The position numbers were made by a program, and so were the translations under genes. From Promethearchaeota archaeon (lineage in GTDB: Archaea; Asgardarchaeota; Thorarchaeia; Thorarchaeales; Thorarchaeaceae): a stretch of DNA of 64,000 nucleotides. A model generated the notes under the pieces. It did no database searches. It saw only the letters and a list, made by a program, of their open reading frames with translations, and had not been told where the DNA came from. The stretch spans positions 4,527-68,526 of the forward strand of contig JBHLPF010000020.1 of the NCBI GenBank assembly GCA_048939765.1, in the 5' to 3' direction. The first letter of the stretch is position 1, and every line of letters starts with the position of its first letter. This document shows positions 40,177 to 48,731 of this stretch, in pieces.

Positions 40177-40718
40177 TGGTGATGAGACCGGTACCCTGGC
40201 AGACAGGAGAGATCTGCGGCCCTGATAGTGCAAAGTCACTCAACAAAGCCGCCCAACTCAAAAGAGCCTTCACAAAATCAAAGAAACCCCTATTGATTGT
40301 GGGATCAGATGCGGTTAACATGACACATGGGAAGGGCAACATGATTGACTATGCAATAGCCCTTTCAGAGGCTGGTAAGATACCGATTGTCGCGACTGGA
40401 GGCGCAATCAAGGCTTTCATTGAGAGGGGTTTTGAGGGCTGCAAATCAATGGGTGCAATGGAATTGGCAAACTACCTTCAAGATGAGTCGTGGCCAGGCC
40501 CCCATGGAAAGGGTCCTCAAGATTTGATTCTGATTTATGGCATCCCATACTATATGCAATGGACGCTGCTATCTGCCGTCATGAACTTCGGATCTCACCT
40601 GACAAAGATTTCTTTGGGGCGCTATTATCAACCACATGCAGACTGGTCATTCCCGAATATGAAAGAGAACCAATGGCACGATATTCTAGATGAGATTCTA
40701 GAGTTCGTGCGTGACTGA
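40176..40718 (+). CDS. cdhB: CO dehydrogenase epsilon subunit
   Basis: PWQT, KKPLLIVG, WPG..GKG.QDL and YYQPHADWSFPN motifs. Confidence 0.93.
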   Translation: MVMRPVPWQTGEICGPDSAKSLNKAAQLKRAFTKSKKPLLIVGSDAVNMTHGKGNMIDYAIALSEAGKIPIVATGGAIKAFIERGFEGCKSMGAMELANYLQDESWPGPHGKGPQDLILIYGIPYYMQWTLLSAVMNFGSHLTKISLGRYYQPHADWSFPNMKENQWHDILDEILEFVRD

Positions 40719-40818
40719 AGGATAGAGAACTGTTAATTCACTTTGGATTTGATTGGAGGAAAATCTCCAAGATAGCCCCGGCCAAATATGAGATCAATTC
40801 ATAATTCAAGCATAAGAT

Positions 40819-40899
40819 GATGAAAGGTGCTCAGGAATGGGGGATGGCTAATCCCCCAAAACACTGTAGTGACGCCACCTCTGCTTCCCTGCCCTGAGG
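40819..40899 (-). repeat. Strongly degenerate copy of the 16S trailer repeat
   Basis: gatgaaaggtgctcaggaatg...cccccaaaacact...cgccacctctgcttccctgccc. Confidence 0.5.
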
Positions 40900-41045
40900 C
40901 AATTCTCACCACAATACATCCCAACGGGTTATTTTGCAGACCACTTGCAGATTGAGGCAATAGAGATTCAGTCTACCTATGAAATGGTCAAGAATGCACC
41001 AATAGTTTCATTGTAGAAAGAAAAACAGAAGGGAGCGTGTGCCCC

Positions 41046-42749
41046 CTACTTTGCCTTCACAAGTTGCTCAGGCGTTTGGATTTTTCCTGTGAGTACCAAC
41101 TCTTTCAAGATGGCGCGCGCCATTTCGAGCGCAGAGGCATCGTCATAGATTCCCTTTCCCTTCTCGCGTGCTTCCGTCAGAATATCTCTTTGAACCTTGA
41201 GCTTTAGGTCACCGACGGCTAATGGTCCAATACCGAATTTGCCAGAGGCTAATTCCCTCAAGTCGTCAGATGGCTTTAGGCCTGCAATGCCAGGTGGAGG
41301 AACGGCATTTGCATCAAGTAGTATCTGGTTGGCGGACACATTCTCAAGAAGGTCTTTGGTCACGAGTTGAATGCCTGGAGCGCCAGTCACAAAGACAAGA
41401 GTTGCTTTCTCCAATGCAGCTTGTGTTTCTTCAGGTGTTGATGCCTGAATACCCTTAATCTTGAATTCATCCGTCGACAAGCGTTCTGCTACCTCTCTAG
41501 CACGGTCGGCACTTCTTGAGGTCAGGGTGGTCTTTGCACCTGCAGCTCCGCATAGCGCGGCAACGCTTTCACCTACAGGTCCAGTGCCTGCAAGTACGAG
41601 CACTTTCGCCTTGCTAAGTGATTTCACACCCATGGCTGGAAGGGAGGCTTCTGCCTTTGCAACCAAAGCGGCTGATGTGGTAAATGCACCATGAGGATCA
41701 ACGACGACTGCTGTCGTAAATGGCTTGACCATGGCCTCTTTCACATCTTTGGCCATCTTCCGAGCAGTAGGTACATCACGTCCTCCTAGGAAGAAACTCG
41801 TTTGCTTTACGCCTTTCACACCCCTAGAAAAGATGGCATCCTGAACAAGCGTTGTTACGTTGTCAGCTGATACCCTTGGATAAGGTACTACGACGTCAAA
41901 ACCAGCGTCATACGCAACGCAGATGTCAAACGGACTGGCGTAATCATCCGCCTCTAAGAAAAACAGGATGTTCTGCATCTTAGTCTTAGGACGTTTTACG
42001 ACAGGCACCATTTTCACAGAGGAGATTCCTGTCAGTTCGGTGATGCCTTTCACCTTACCCCCAGGAGCCTCTGAAGCTACGCTCTTGAAGGATATGGGTA
42101 CGACCTCTACGTTGAGGGTTTCCATAAGTTCTCTTAAGCCTTGGAAGTGTTGCGGACTACACAGATGCAGTGCCTTGACTTTCTTCTTATTGAGAGAATC
42201 GGCTTCCTTGAGAATGCCCATCGCGATCCAGCTCTCACGGATTCCAAACTCGATGTCGCGGATTTCATCCTCAAGCTGATTCTGTAGATACTGACCGTAC
42301 GTAGCAAGCTGGTCGATCTGATGCACCGTTTCAGAGTCTTCATCACGTTCAGAGAGAGACTCTATGGCTTCGAAAATCTCATTTCTTCGGTCAATCTTTT
42401 GCTCGAGACTATGAGCCAAGTAGGAGCGAGCGAACTCATCCATCTCGACAGCCTTATAGGGGACTCCTAGCTTGGCGAGTGTTTCCACGAGTGGATTCAT
42501 CTCTAGAAACTCCTTTGTAGAACGCATCCCCATCTCATCTGTGACAAAGTCAGGTTCCTCCTTCTCGGCCAGTGATTTTATCATCTCACAATAGGCCATT
42601 GAGGCGCGCTGAATGAATCTTATTCCAGACTCTGATTCCTTCAACGGAGAAGAGGTCACCCACCATGGTTCATCGTAGGCTTTCTGCACCAACAGTAAGC
42701 GAAGGCTCTTCCCTTTCAGTGGAGTAAGTTCAAGTGTTTCCAACTTCAA
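41046..42749 (-). CDS. NAD(P)-dependent methylene-H4MPT dehydrogenase (MtdA/MtdB type) fused to an N-terminal TraB/TIKI-like domain
   Basis: C-terminal SPFD..AYDAG, QDAIFSRG, DPHGAFTT, AGTGPVG and DANAVPPPG motifs; ~255-aa N-terminal extension. Confidence 0.8.
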   Translation of the reverse strand: MKLETLELTPLKGKSLRLLLVQKAYDEPWWVTSSPLKESESGIRFIQRASMAYCEMIKSLAEKEEPDFVTDEMGMRSTKEFLEMNPLVETLAKLGVPYKAVEMDEFARSYLAHSLEQKIDRRNEIFEAIESLSERDEDSETVHQIDQLATYGQYLQNQLEDEIRDIEFGIRESWIAMGILKEADSLNKKKVKALHLCSPQHFQGLRELMETLNVEVVPISFKSVASEAPGGKVKGITELTGISSVKMVPVVKRPKTKMQNILFFLEADDYASPFDICVAYDAGFDVVVPYPRVSADNVTTLVQDAIFSRGVKGVKQTSFFLGGRDVPTARKMAKDVKEAMVKPFTTAVVVDPHGAFTTSAALVAKAEASLPAMGVKSLSKAKVLVLAGTGPVGESVAALCGAAGAKTTLTSRSADRAREVAERLSTDEFKIKGIQASTPEETQAALEKATLVFVTGAPGIQLVTKDLLENVSANQILLDANAVPPPGIAGLKPSDDLRELASGKFGIGPLAVGDLKLKVQRDILTEAREKGKGIYDDASALEMARAILKELVLTGKIQTPEQLVKAK

Positions 42750-42825
42750 TATCTCCTTATATTTCGCTGAGAGATTAGAAGCAGGGAACCAACTAAAAGA
42801 CTATGAATACTCATTTTTCTGGAAA

Positions 42826-42849
42826 CAATGACAACAATATTTGTCATTG
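42826..42849. promoter_or_regulatory. Palindrome CAATGACAA-N6-TTGTCATTG upstream of the mtd fusion
   Basis: Perfect 9-bp inverted repeat; related site at 47592-47613. Confidence 0.65.
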
Positions 42850-42874
42850 CGACTAGTCACATATCACACAAAGA

Positions 42875-44209
42875 TCATTTCTGAGAGTGACGGGTCTTCG
42901 TCTGTGAGTGTGTAGCACATGACACACAAGGATCAAAACAGCGTATAATCATCTTGGCATAATTGATGATTCTATCATCTGACCATCCCAATTTGCTGCA
43001 GTTTCTAGTGGCTTTGGTCAACAAATGGACCATGGCAGCAGCATTCAGTTCTGTCGGAGTACAAATGTCAATATCGTTCACAAGCCCACCTGCACTGACT
43101 TCAAGCCGATAAAGCAGAGTTCCTCTGGAATTCTCAACGCACCCCCCACCTATGCCATCAATTGGGTCCCAGGTAGCTACTGTGCCCTCATCTGGTTTCC
43201 ATATATTATCAAGAAGATGGAGTGCCCTGAGAGTACAGAACTCCATTTCATCTAGTCTAAGCAAACCAGCATTGAACATGTTCGGACCATCTCTGGCGAT
43301 GCCTTCTTTCTGACCTGACAGATTCTGAATCGCAGCTAATCTTGCATGTGGACCAGTCAACAAGGGGCTGCTGGGTTCTTCCTTAAAGCTATAGATGATG
43401 CGAGTTGGTGCCTCTGATTTCCCTTGAATTTTCAAGTGAGTAGGATAGACAGAAGAGGAGAAAGCGCAAACGAGGGAATCAGATTTGATAATTGAAACTT
43501 CATCTGTGCCTGAAAATCGATGCCCCCTTGTATCGAAGCAACTTACAAACAATGGTGATTCGAGATAAAACGACAGAATATCGTCCTGTATTTCGTTGAG
43601 GATTGATTTGTAGAAATCCTTTGCCCATTTGATTCCAGCTAATCCAAGCTGCAAAGAGCTTCGCAGCTCCTTTTGCTCTTCATCTGTTATGTTGCGAAGA
43701 AAGCCGCCTAGTGTTATTGCAGGCGCCAGGTTGGCATCGCCGGCTATTATATCGACCATCTCTTGACTACTTCGGTAGAGATTCATTCCCTGAGAGAGAA
43801 GACGCTGCTGAATCTTTCCTTTTCCCAGTGTATCCTGTCTGGAGAGTGTTTCTGTTAAGCTAAGTAGATCGGGGGATGTACAGAAGAATACACTATATGC
43901 GTGTGAACGGATAATTTCACCCAAGATGGCAAGCTCTCGAAGTGTTTCAGCTAGCGGTGGCACAGAAATACTACTCGCCATTTCTATGGCCTTAACAGCG
44001 GCGATTCTATGTGAAACAGGACATGTTCCACAGATTCGTGCAACTAGCCTGGGCAAGTCTGCAATTCGCTGACCACGGAGAATTTGAATGAAATCCCTGA
44101 ATGTTTTCATTCGATACGTCAGATTAAGTTCGCCTCGAGCAGGGTGCCGAATCAACAGCTCACTTGGGCCGCCAACCTTGGTGAGGGGCTTTGACAACGG
44201 TATCTTCAT
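42875..44209 (-). CDS. Divergent group 3-like NiFe hydrogenase large subunit
   Basis: L1 RICGTC and L2 DPCVSCATH present; the RxEG motif reads KVGG. Confidence 0.88.
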   Translation of the reverse strand: MKIPLSKPLTKVGGPSELLIRHPARGELNLTYRMKTFRDFIQILRGQRIADLPRLVARICGTCPVSHRIAAVKAIEMASSISVPPLAETLRELAILGEIIRSHAYSVFFCTSPDLLSLTETLSRQDTLGKGKIQQRLLSQGMNLYRSSQEMVDIIAGDANLAPAITLGGFLRNITDEEQKELRSSLQLGLAGIKWAKDFYKSILNEIQDDILSFYLESPLFVSCFDTRGHRFSGTDEVSIIKSDSLVCAFSSSVYPTHLKIQGKSEAPTRIIYSFKEEPSSPLLTGPHARLAAIQNLSGQKEGIARDGPNMFNAGLLRLDEMEFCTLRALHLLDNIWKPDEGTVATWDPIDGIGGGCVENSRGTLLYRLEVSAGGLVNDIDICTPTELNAAAMVHLLTKATRNCSKLGWSDDRIINYAKMIIRCFDPCVSCATHSQTKTRHSQK

Positions 44210-44940
44210 TAGCTCTTTCCCAACTCCGGTTTTTGATAGCGAAGGGCAAGAGCCGCTAGTTTGCGGATCTGAGGACTGATTCTCAAGACTGAGAAGAAGT
44301 TCGCTATGGCTGCGGGCATACTTCGCTTCAATGTGCCAAAGCAGCCATCACATGGTGTTCCTGCCATCAAACACCTCGCTTCACAACCGGCCCTTGTGAT
44401 TGGACCCAAGCAGAGGACACCTTCCCGAATGAAACAGCTCTTTGGAGGCCTTGGTGGATTGATGCAGTTGATTTCAGTGGAGTAGTCTTGGTCCATTGTG
44501 TAGGGACACTCAGCGCAGACATTCTTCTCAGGAAGTATGAAATCGGTCCCTTGAATCGCAGAGAGCAATAGATTTCCCATTAGATACTGAGGCGGAGGAC
44601 AACCCGGGAGCAGGGCGTGCAAATCAACATATTTGCCCACTGGGTACACTTGCATGTTTTCCGATTGACTCATAATACCACCAAGGACTGCACAAGTTCC
44701 TAGAGCAACTATCTTCGCACCATCAGTGTAGAGCTGACGAAGGAGATTCGCTTCGGATTCATTTGTAACGCACCCTTCTACAAATGCTATCTCTGCTCGT
44801 TTAACAGAATTCTGGTCGGAGATGATAGGGAAGTAGCAAATATCCGCCGATTTTATGATATCAGGAAAGACAGGATTTGCAAGTAGCGAAAACAAACACC
44901 CGCCACAAGAGTTGAGTTGGACGAAAGCAAGTCGAGTCAT
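44209..44940 (-). CDS. NiFe hydrogenase small subunit (MvhG/HydD-like)
   Basis: SCGGC, EG, GTCA..GG, PGCPP, VCAEC, CLGPITRAGC and PCDGC motifs. Confidence 0.9.
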   Translation of the reverse strand: MTRLAFVQLNSCGGCLFSLLANPVFPDIIKSADICYFPIISDQNSVKRAEIAFVEGCVTNESEANLLRQLYTDGAKIVALGTCAVLGGIMSQSENMQVYPVGKYVDLHALLPGCPPPQYLMGNLLLSAIQGTDFILPEKNVCAECPYTMDQDYSTEINCINPPRPPKSCFIREGVLCLGPITRAGCEARCLMAGTPCDGCFGTLKRSMPAAIANFFSVLRISPQIRKLAALALRYQKPELGKS

Positions 44941-47468
44941 GTTTCAGTCGCCCCTCTCAAATCTTCTGCGAATTGATTGATATGATCTGCCACTATATGC
45001 CCTTCCAATGCTGATACTTTCAACACACGCACTCTGTTTTGTAACTCAGGCCCCAGAAACTCAATGAGCGCTTCAATCCGCTTGGTAGCTACTTGGATCC
45101 CATCGAGATGCCTACAAGCAGTTTCATGACACCCAATTAAGGTGATACCATCAAACCCAGCCTGTAGCGACGTTATTAGAAGATCGGCATCAATAGAGAC
45201 GGTACATGGCACACTGAGGAGGTAAGATCCGGCGTCATATTCGTACCGACGAGCGCCTGCATTGTCTACAGCAGGATAACCACAAGATTCACAACACAAG
45301 ACTAGGATTTTGGGAGATTTTTTCCCTTTTGATAGAGCTGAGATTGCGGCCCGCATTTCATCCTGAACACTCGATGCAGTAATAGCACCCGTGTGGCATA
45401 CGACCGCACACACTCCGCAGTTTCGGCATCCAAAGGAATCTATACGAATCGTATTCTCAACAAGTGCTATGGCATTATGAGGGCACGCCTCGACACACAG
45501 ACCGCACACTCCACATTTATCCTGGTCGACAATTACCGTCAACTCGCCAGTTTCAAAACTATCGCGACCGAGGAAGAGGAGCGCCTCCAAGGCTGCTAGT
45601 TGTGCTTCACTCTCGAGCTGGGGATATGGCTTAGGACCTGTTACAGCACCACAAGCCCACACGCCTGTTGGAAGACTCCGGGCGTCCACAAATCCTCCAG
45701 ATTTGAGATTGAAACCAATTTCAGCTTGGAGCTTCGTCATGCGCTCATCTGGAGTCATTCCCATGTTGAGTACTATTAGGTCCCCACTGAAGTCACCAAC
45801 ATCAGTCTTGATAACATGATGACGCTTCCTCATGTACGATTGCAGGACATTGCAGACATGTACACGCTCGTCCTCAGGAATTATTCCAGTGTGCGCGTGT
45901 GGTAAGCGTGAACGCTCATATAGAACCTTGACTGAAATCTCGTCATCCATATCATCTATTAGACCCATGTATTTGTGTGCAACATTGCAGCAATAACCGG
46001 AACAGACAGTTTCAGAACCTACACACTGTAGGATGATTAATGATTTCACAGGCTTCCCATCGGAAACGCGAAGGATTCGTCCTTGAGTGGGGCCATCAGG
46101 AGCAAGCATGCGTTCAAATTCGTAGGATGATACAACATCATTGTAGGGATCATAGGACAAGGGATGAGAAGAAGTCAAATCTTCAGCATTAGGAAGAACT
46201 GCACCAGTGGCTAGGATAGTCCCTCCAACTGTGAACTTGACAATCTTAGATTCTTGATCCAGATCTATTGCATGTGATGGGCATGCCTCCAAGCAGTCAC
46301 GACATGACTTGCAGAACTCGATATCGTCTACCTCAATGACGGGCTTATGAGGATAGGCAAATGGACAAGGCAGGTGAATTATTCGATGTTGTCCGATGCC
46401 AAGCTCAAACTTATTGGGCCTGGTTTCCGGGCAGGCCATGGTGCATTCTCCACACATTGTGCAGCGAGTTAAATCGACATAGCGTGGAGATTGGATGGCT
46501 GTGACTTCATAGTTACCCGCCTCTCCTGTTATGCTTGCGAGTTCGCTTTCCGTGAAAATGCGCACATTTCCAGCAAGCATGACCGATGAAACTAGCTCAC
46601 TAATCATACAAGGGCTGCAGTCGACTGACCCATGTATTCGTTCCCAGTGTCTAGCAGTTCCACCCAGACAGGGAGCACTCTCGATTAGTATCACCTCTAA
46701 CGGAGACTTGGAAAGCACGTTAGCTGCAATCAATCCTGCAATTCCCCCACCGATGATGGCCACGCTCTTGCGAATAGGTACCACCCTCCTTGTAGCATGG
46801 ACATAGTGATGTAGCTTCGCCACACTGGCCGCAATCAATAACAGTGCTTTTTCGGTAGCCGACTCAGGATTGCGACGATGGACCCATGAACAATGCTCTC
46901 TGATATTGGCGAACTCAACAGGCATCTCAAGTTGTTCGCATATCTTGCTGAACAAGTCATGGTGTAATCTTGGAGAACAGGCTGCGACTACCAGACCATT
47001 CAGAAAGTGCTTGCCGCACCACGACTTAATCTTCTCCACATTATCTAGCATGCACAGGAAGGGGAAAATCCTCTTGGCCATGACAGTTGGTAGCTCTGAA
47101 ACCTTTTCTATGAGTGCTGTTGTGTCTATCGCACGGTCAATCTCAGACCCGCATGAACATAGGATAACTCCAATTCTGTGAACCCTATCAATGGTTTCAG
47201 TGATGTGTGCCTCAGTTGGTCTACCAGTCATTAATTGATCTTTTGTTGACATGAGACGGACTGCATTCTGACCTGCTGCTGTAAGCCGATAGAGGCCGTG
47301 ATGCTTCTCTACGAATCCATCTAGCTTCTTGAGATGATAGTTTAGTAGGCCAGTTTCATCTAGTCCTAATCTACTCAACAGGGTCTTGTAGGGAACCAAC
47401 CGATCAGAATCAAGAAGCTTCAGTATCTTTTCTCGCAAAGGATGTGCGAGGGCAGCGTATATGTTCAT
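44937..47468 (-). CDS. Winged-HTH-HdrA-ferredoxin-MvhD fusion protein
   Basis: N-terminal ALAHPLREKILKLL...LLNYHLKKL...YRLTAAG; HdrA motifs (CSCG, NIREHCSWVH, GGGIAG, QCVGS..CSGYCC); MvhD motifs (CCESCG, VPC, GCHETACRH). Confidence 0.88.
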   Translation of the reverse strand: MNIYAALAHPLREKILKLLDSDRLVPYKTLLSRLGLDETGLLNYHLKKLDGFVEKHHGLYRLTAAGQNAVRLMSTKDQLMTGRPTEAHITETIDRVHRIGVILCSCGSEIDRAIDTTALIEKVSELPTVMAKRIFPFLCMLDNVEKIKSWCGKHFLNGLVVAACSPRLHHDLFSKICEQLEMPVEFANIREHCSWVHRRNPESATEKALLLIAASVAKLHHYVHATRRVVPIRKSVAIIGGGIAGLIAANVLSKSPLEVILIESAPCLGGTARHWERIHGSVDCSPCMISELVSSVMLAGNVRIFTESELASITGEAGNYEVTAIQSPRYVDLTRCTMCGECTMACPETRPNKFELGIGQHRIIHLPCPFAYPHKPVIEVDDIEFCKSCRDCLEACPSHAIDLDQESKIVKFTVGGTILATGAVLPNAEDLTSSHPLSYDPYNDVVSSYEFERMLAPDGPTQGRILRVSDGKPVKSLIILQCVGSETVCSGYCCNVAHKYMGLIDDMDDEISVKVLYERSRLPHAHTGIIPEDERVHVCNVLQSYMRKRHHVIKTDVGDFSGDLIVLNMGMTPDERMTKLQAEIGFNLKSGGFVDARSLPTGVWACGAVTGPKPYPQLESEAQLAALEALLFLGRDSFETGELTVIVDQDKCGVCGLCVEACPHNAIALVENTIRIDSFGCRNCGVCAVVCHTGAITASSVQDEMRAAISALSKGKKSPKILVLCCESCGYPAVDNAGARRYEYDAGSYLLSVPCTVSIDADLLITSLQAGFDGITLIGCHETACRHLDGIQVATKRIEALIEFLGPELQNRVRVLKVSALEGHIVADHINQFAEDLRGATET

Positions 47469-47591
47469 AGTTGTATCGCCCTTTAACCTGACTAGTTCTG
47501 GTGGAGCCCGCAGGAGCCAAGAGCTTCCCGTGCTAGACAGGACACCGAAACTTGCAGTTTCGTTGTCAGGTCCACATTCTTTGCGAGCAAT

Positions 47592-47613
47592 CATGACAAT
47601 AAATGTTGTCTTG
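47592..47613. promoter_or_regulatory. CATGACAA-N6-TTGTCTTG site upstream of the HTH-hdrA operon
   Basis: Same spacing and near-identical half-sites as 42826-42849. Confidence 0.6.
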
Positions 47614-47950
47614 GCACAGGATGCTTCTTATCAAGACATGTCATAGGTGAACCGAAGAAGCCCAGCGTATTGACGCAATTATTCCAAATCATGGTCTGAA
47701 ATCTTGCTCCGAGGAGAGAGATTTTCTCTTATCTTTTGATTATCTATAAAAACCGCAAAGTGAAGAGGTTTCCAAATGACCTCAAGAAACTGGTTCAAAT
47801 GATTGAAAGGGCTCGGAATTAAGTTCAGTAGCTGATTTGGATACAATGAAAAGGGCATAGAGCGACTCAAAGAATCAAGAAGTGTGGCTCTAATGGTGAG
47901 CTATATTAATCAACAAATGACTTTCATCCCAGGAGGACCTGGTCGATACT

Positions 47951-48628
47951 ATGAAGCTCGACAAGTCCGTGATTGGTCTAATTTCCTTATTTTTCGGACT
48001 TCTGGCATATTATCTACTTGCAATTGTAGCCATCTTCAATTACTCCGAACGCTTCGATATCTACAATGATTTATGGACCCATCTCCGCTGGTTTGAGTAT
48101 AATCTTGAGGGTGCATTGTTCTTTAGAATTGGCAATGTGCTCTATGCACTCACATTGGCAATCTTCTTCCTAAGTGCTAGTGGATGGCAAAGTGCAGTTG
48201 CGGAAAGGAAATCTTCAATCTATCTCATTCAGACGATTGGCATCTCCATTGCTATTTCGATGATAATTCGTGAAGTTCTAGCTGATCAAGCCAATATATT
48301 TGCCATTGCATCAGGAGCAGGTCTATTGCTCACTGTGATCATTCTAGTTGGAATTGCATTCTCATCATGGAGTTATCCGGAATTCTGGAGGGCGTCGATA
48401 CTATTCTTCATCATTAGCATAATATTGAGTTCATACTTGCTATATATGGGAATCATCGATGCACCTATTCAAGAATTCAGAATTATTGATTTCTTGGTAA
48501 CTGTTTTCAATCAAGCATCAATATTTGCAATTGCGCTAAACATGGCCAAAATCCAATCCCATAACTCCGCAAATACAGTACATATCAAAATAGAAGGGCG
48601 TTCAGCAATGCAGGTATGCTCTTGTTAA
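47951..48628 (+). CDS. Polytopic membrane protein
   Basis: About six TM segments; AGGAGG RBS. Confidence 0.7.
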   Translation: MKLDKSVIGLISLFFGLLAYYLLAIVAIFNYSERFDIYNDLWTHLRWFEYNLEGALFFRIGNVLYALTLAIFFLSASGWQSAVAERKSSIYLIQTIGISIAISMIIREVLADQANIFAIASGAGLLLTVIILVGIAFSSWSYPEFWRASILFFIISIILSSYLLYMGIIDAPIQEFRIIDFLVTVFNQASIFAIALNMAKIQSHNSANTVHIKIEGRSAMQVCSC

Positions 48629-48731
48629 TTGTGGAGTGAGAGTCAGCTTACGAGAGCTCGTTTTTGGTAACTTCCATTCCAAAAAGCCTTTGTTAGAGTC
48701 ATATCCTGATGCAATAAGCTGTGATGCATTC

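Noticed and set aside
23665-47468. Selenocysteine (TGA read-through) in HdrA, MvhD or hydrogenase, as known in some Asgard archaea
   Set aside because: All relevant ORFs are uninterrupted with Cys at the motif positions; no in-frame TGA needs recoding
47469-47594. N-terminal 42 aa of the 885-aa ORF as listed in the track
   Set aside because: Overlaps the candidate operator/promoter; ATG 47468 starts right at the HTH domain and is the more plausible start
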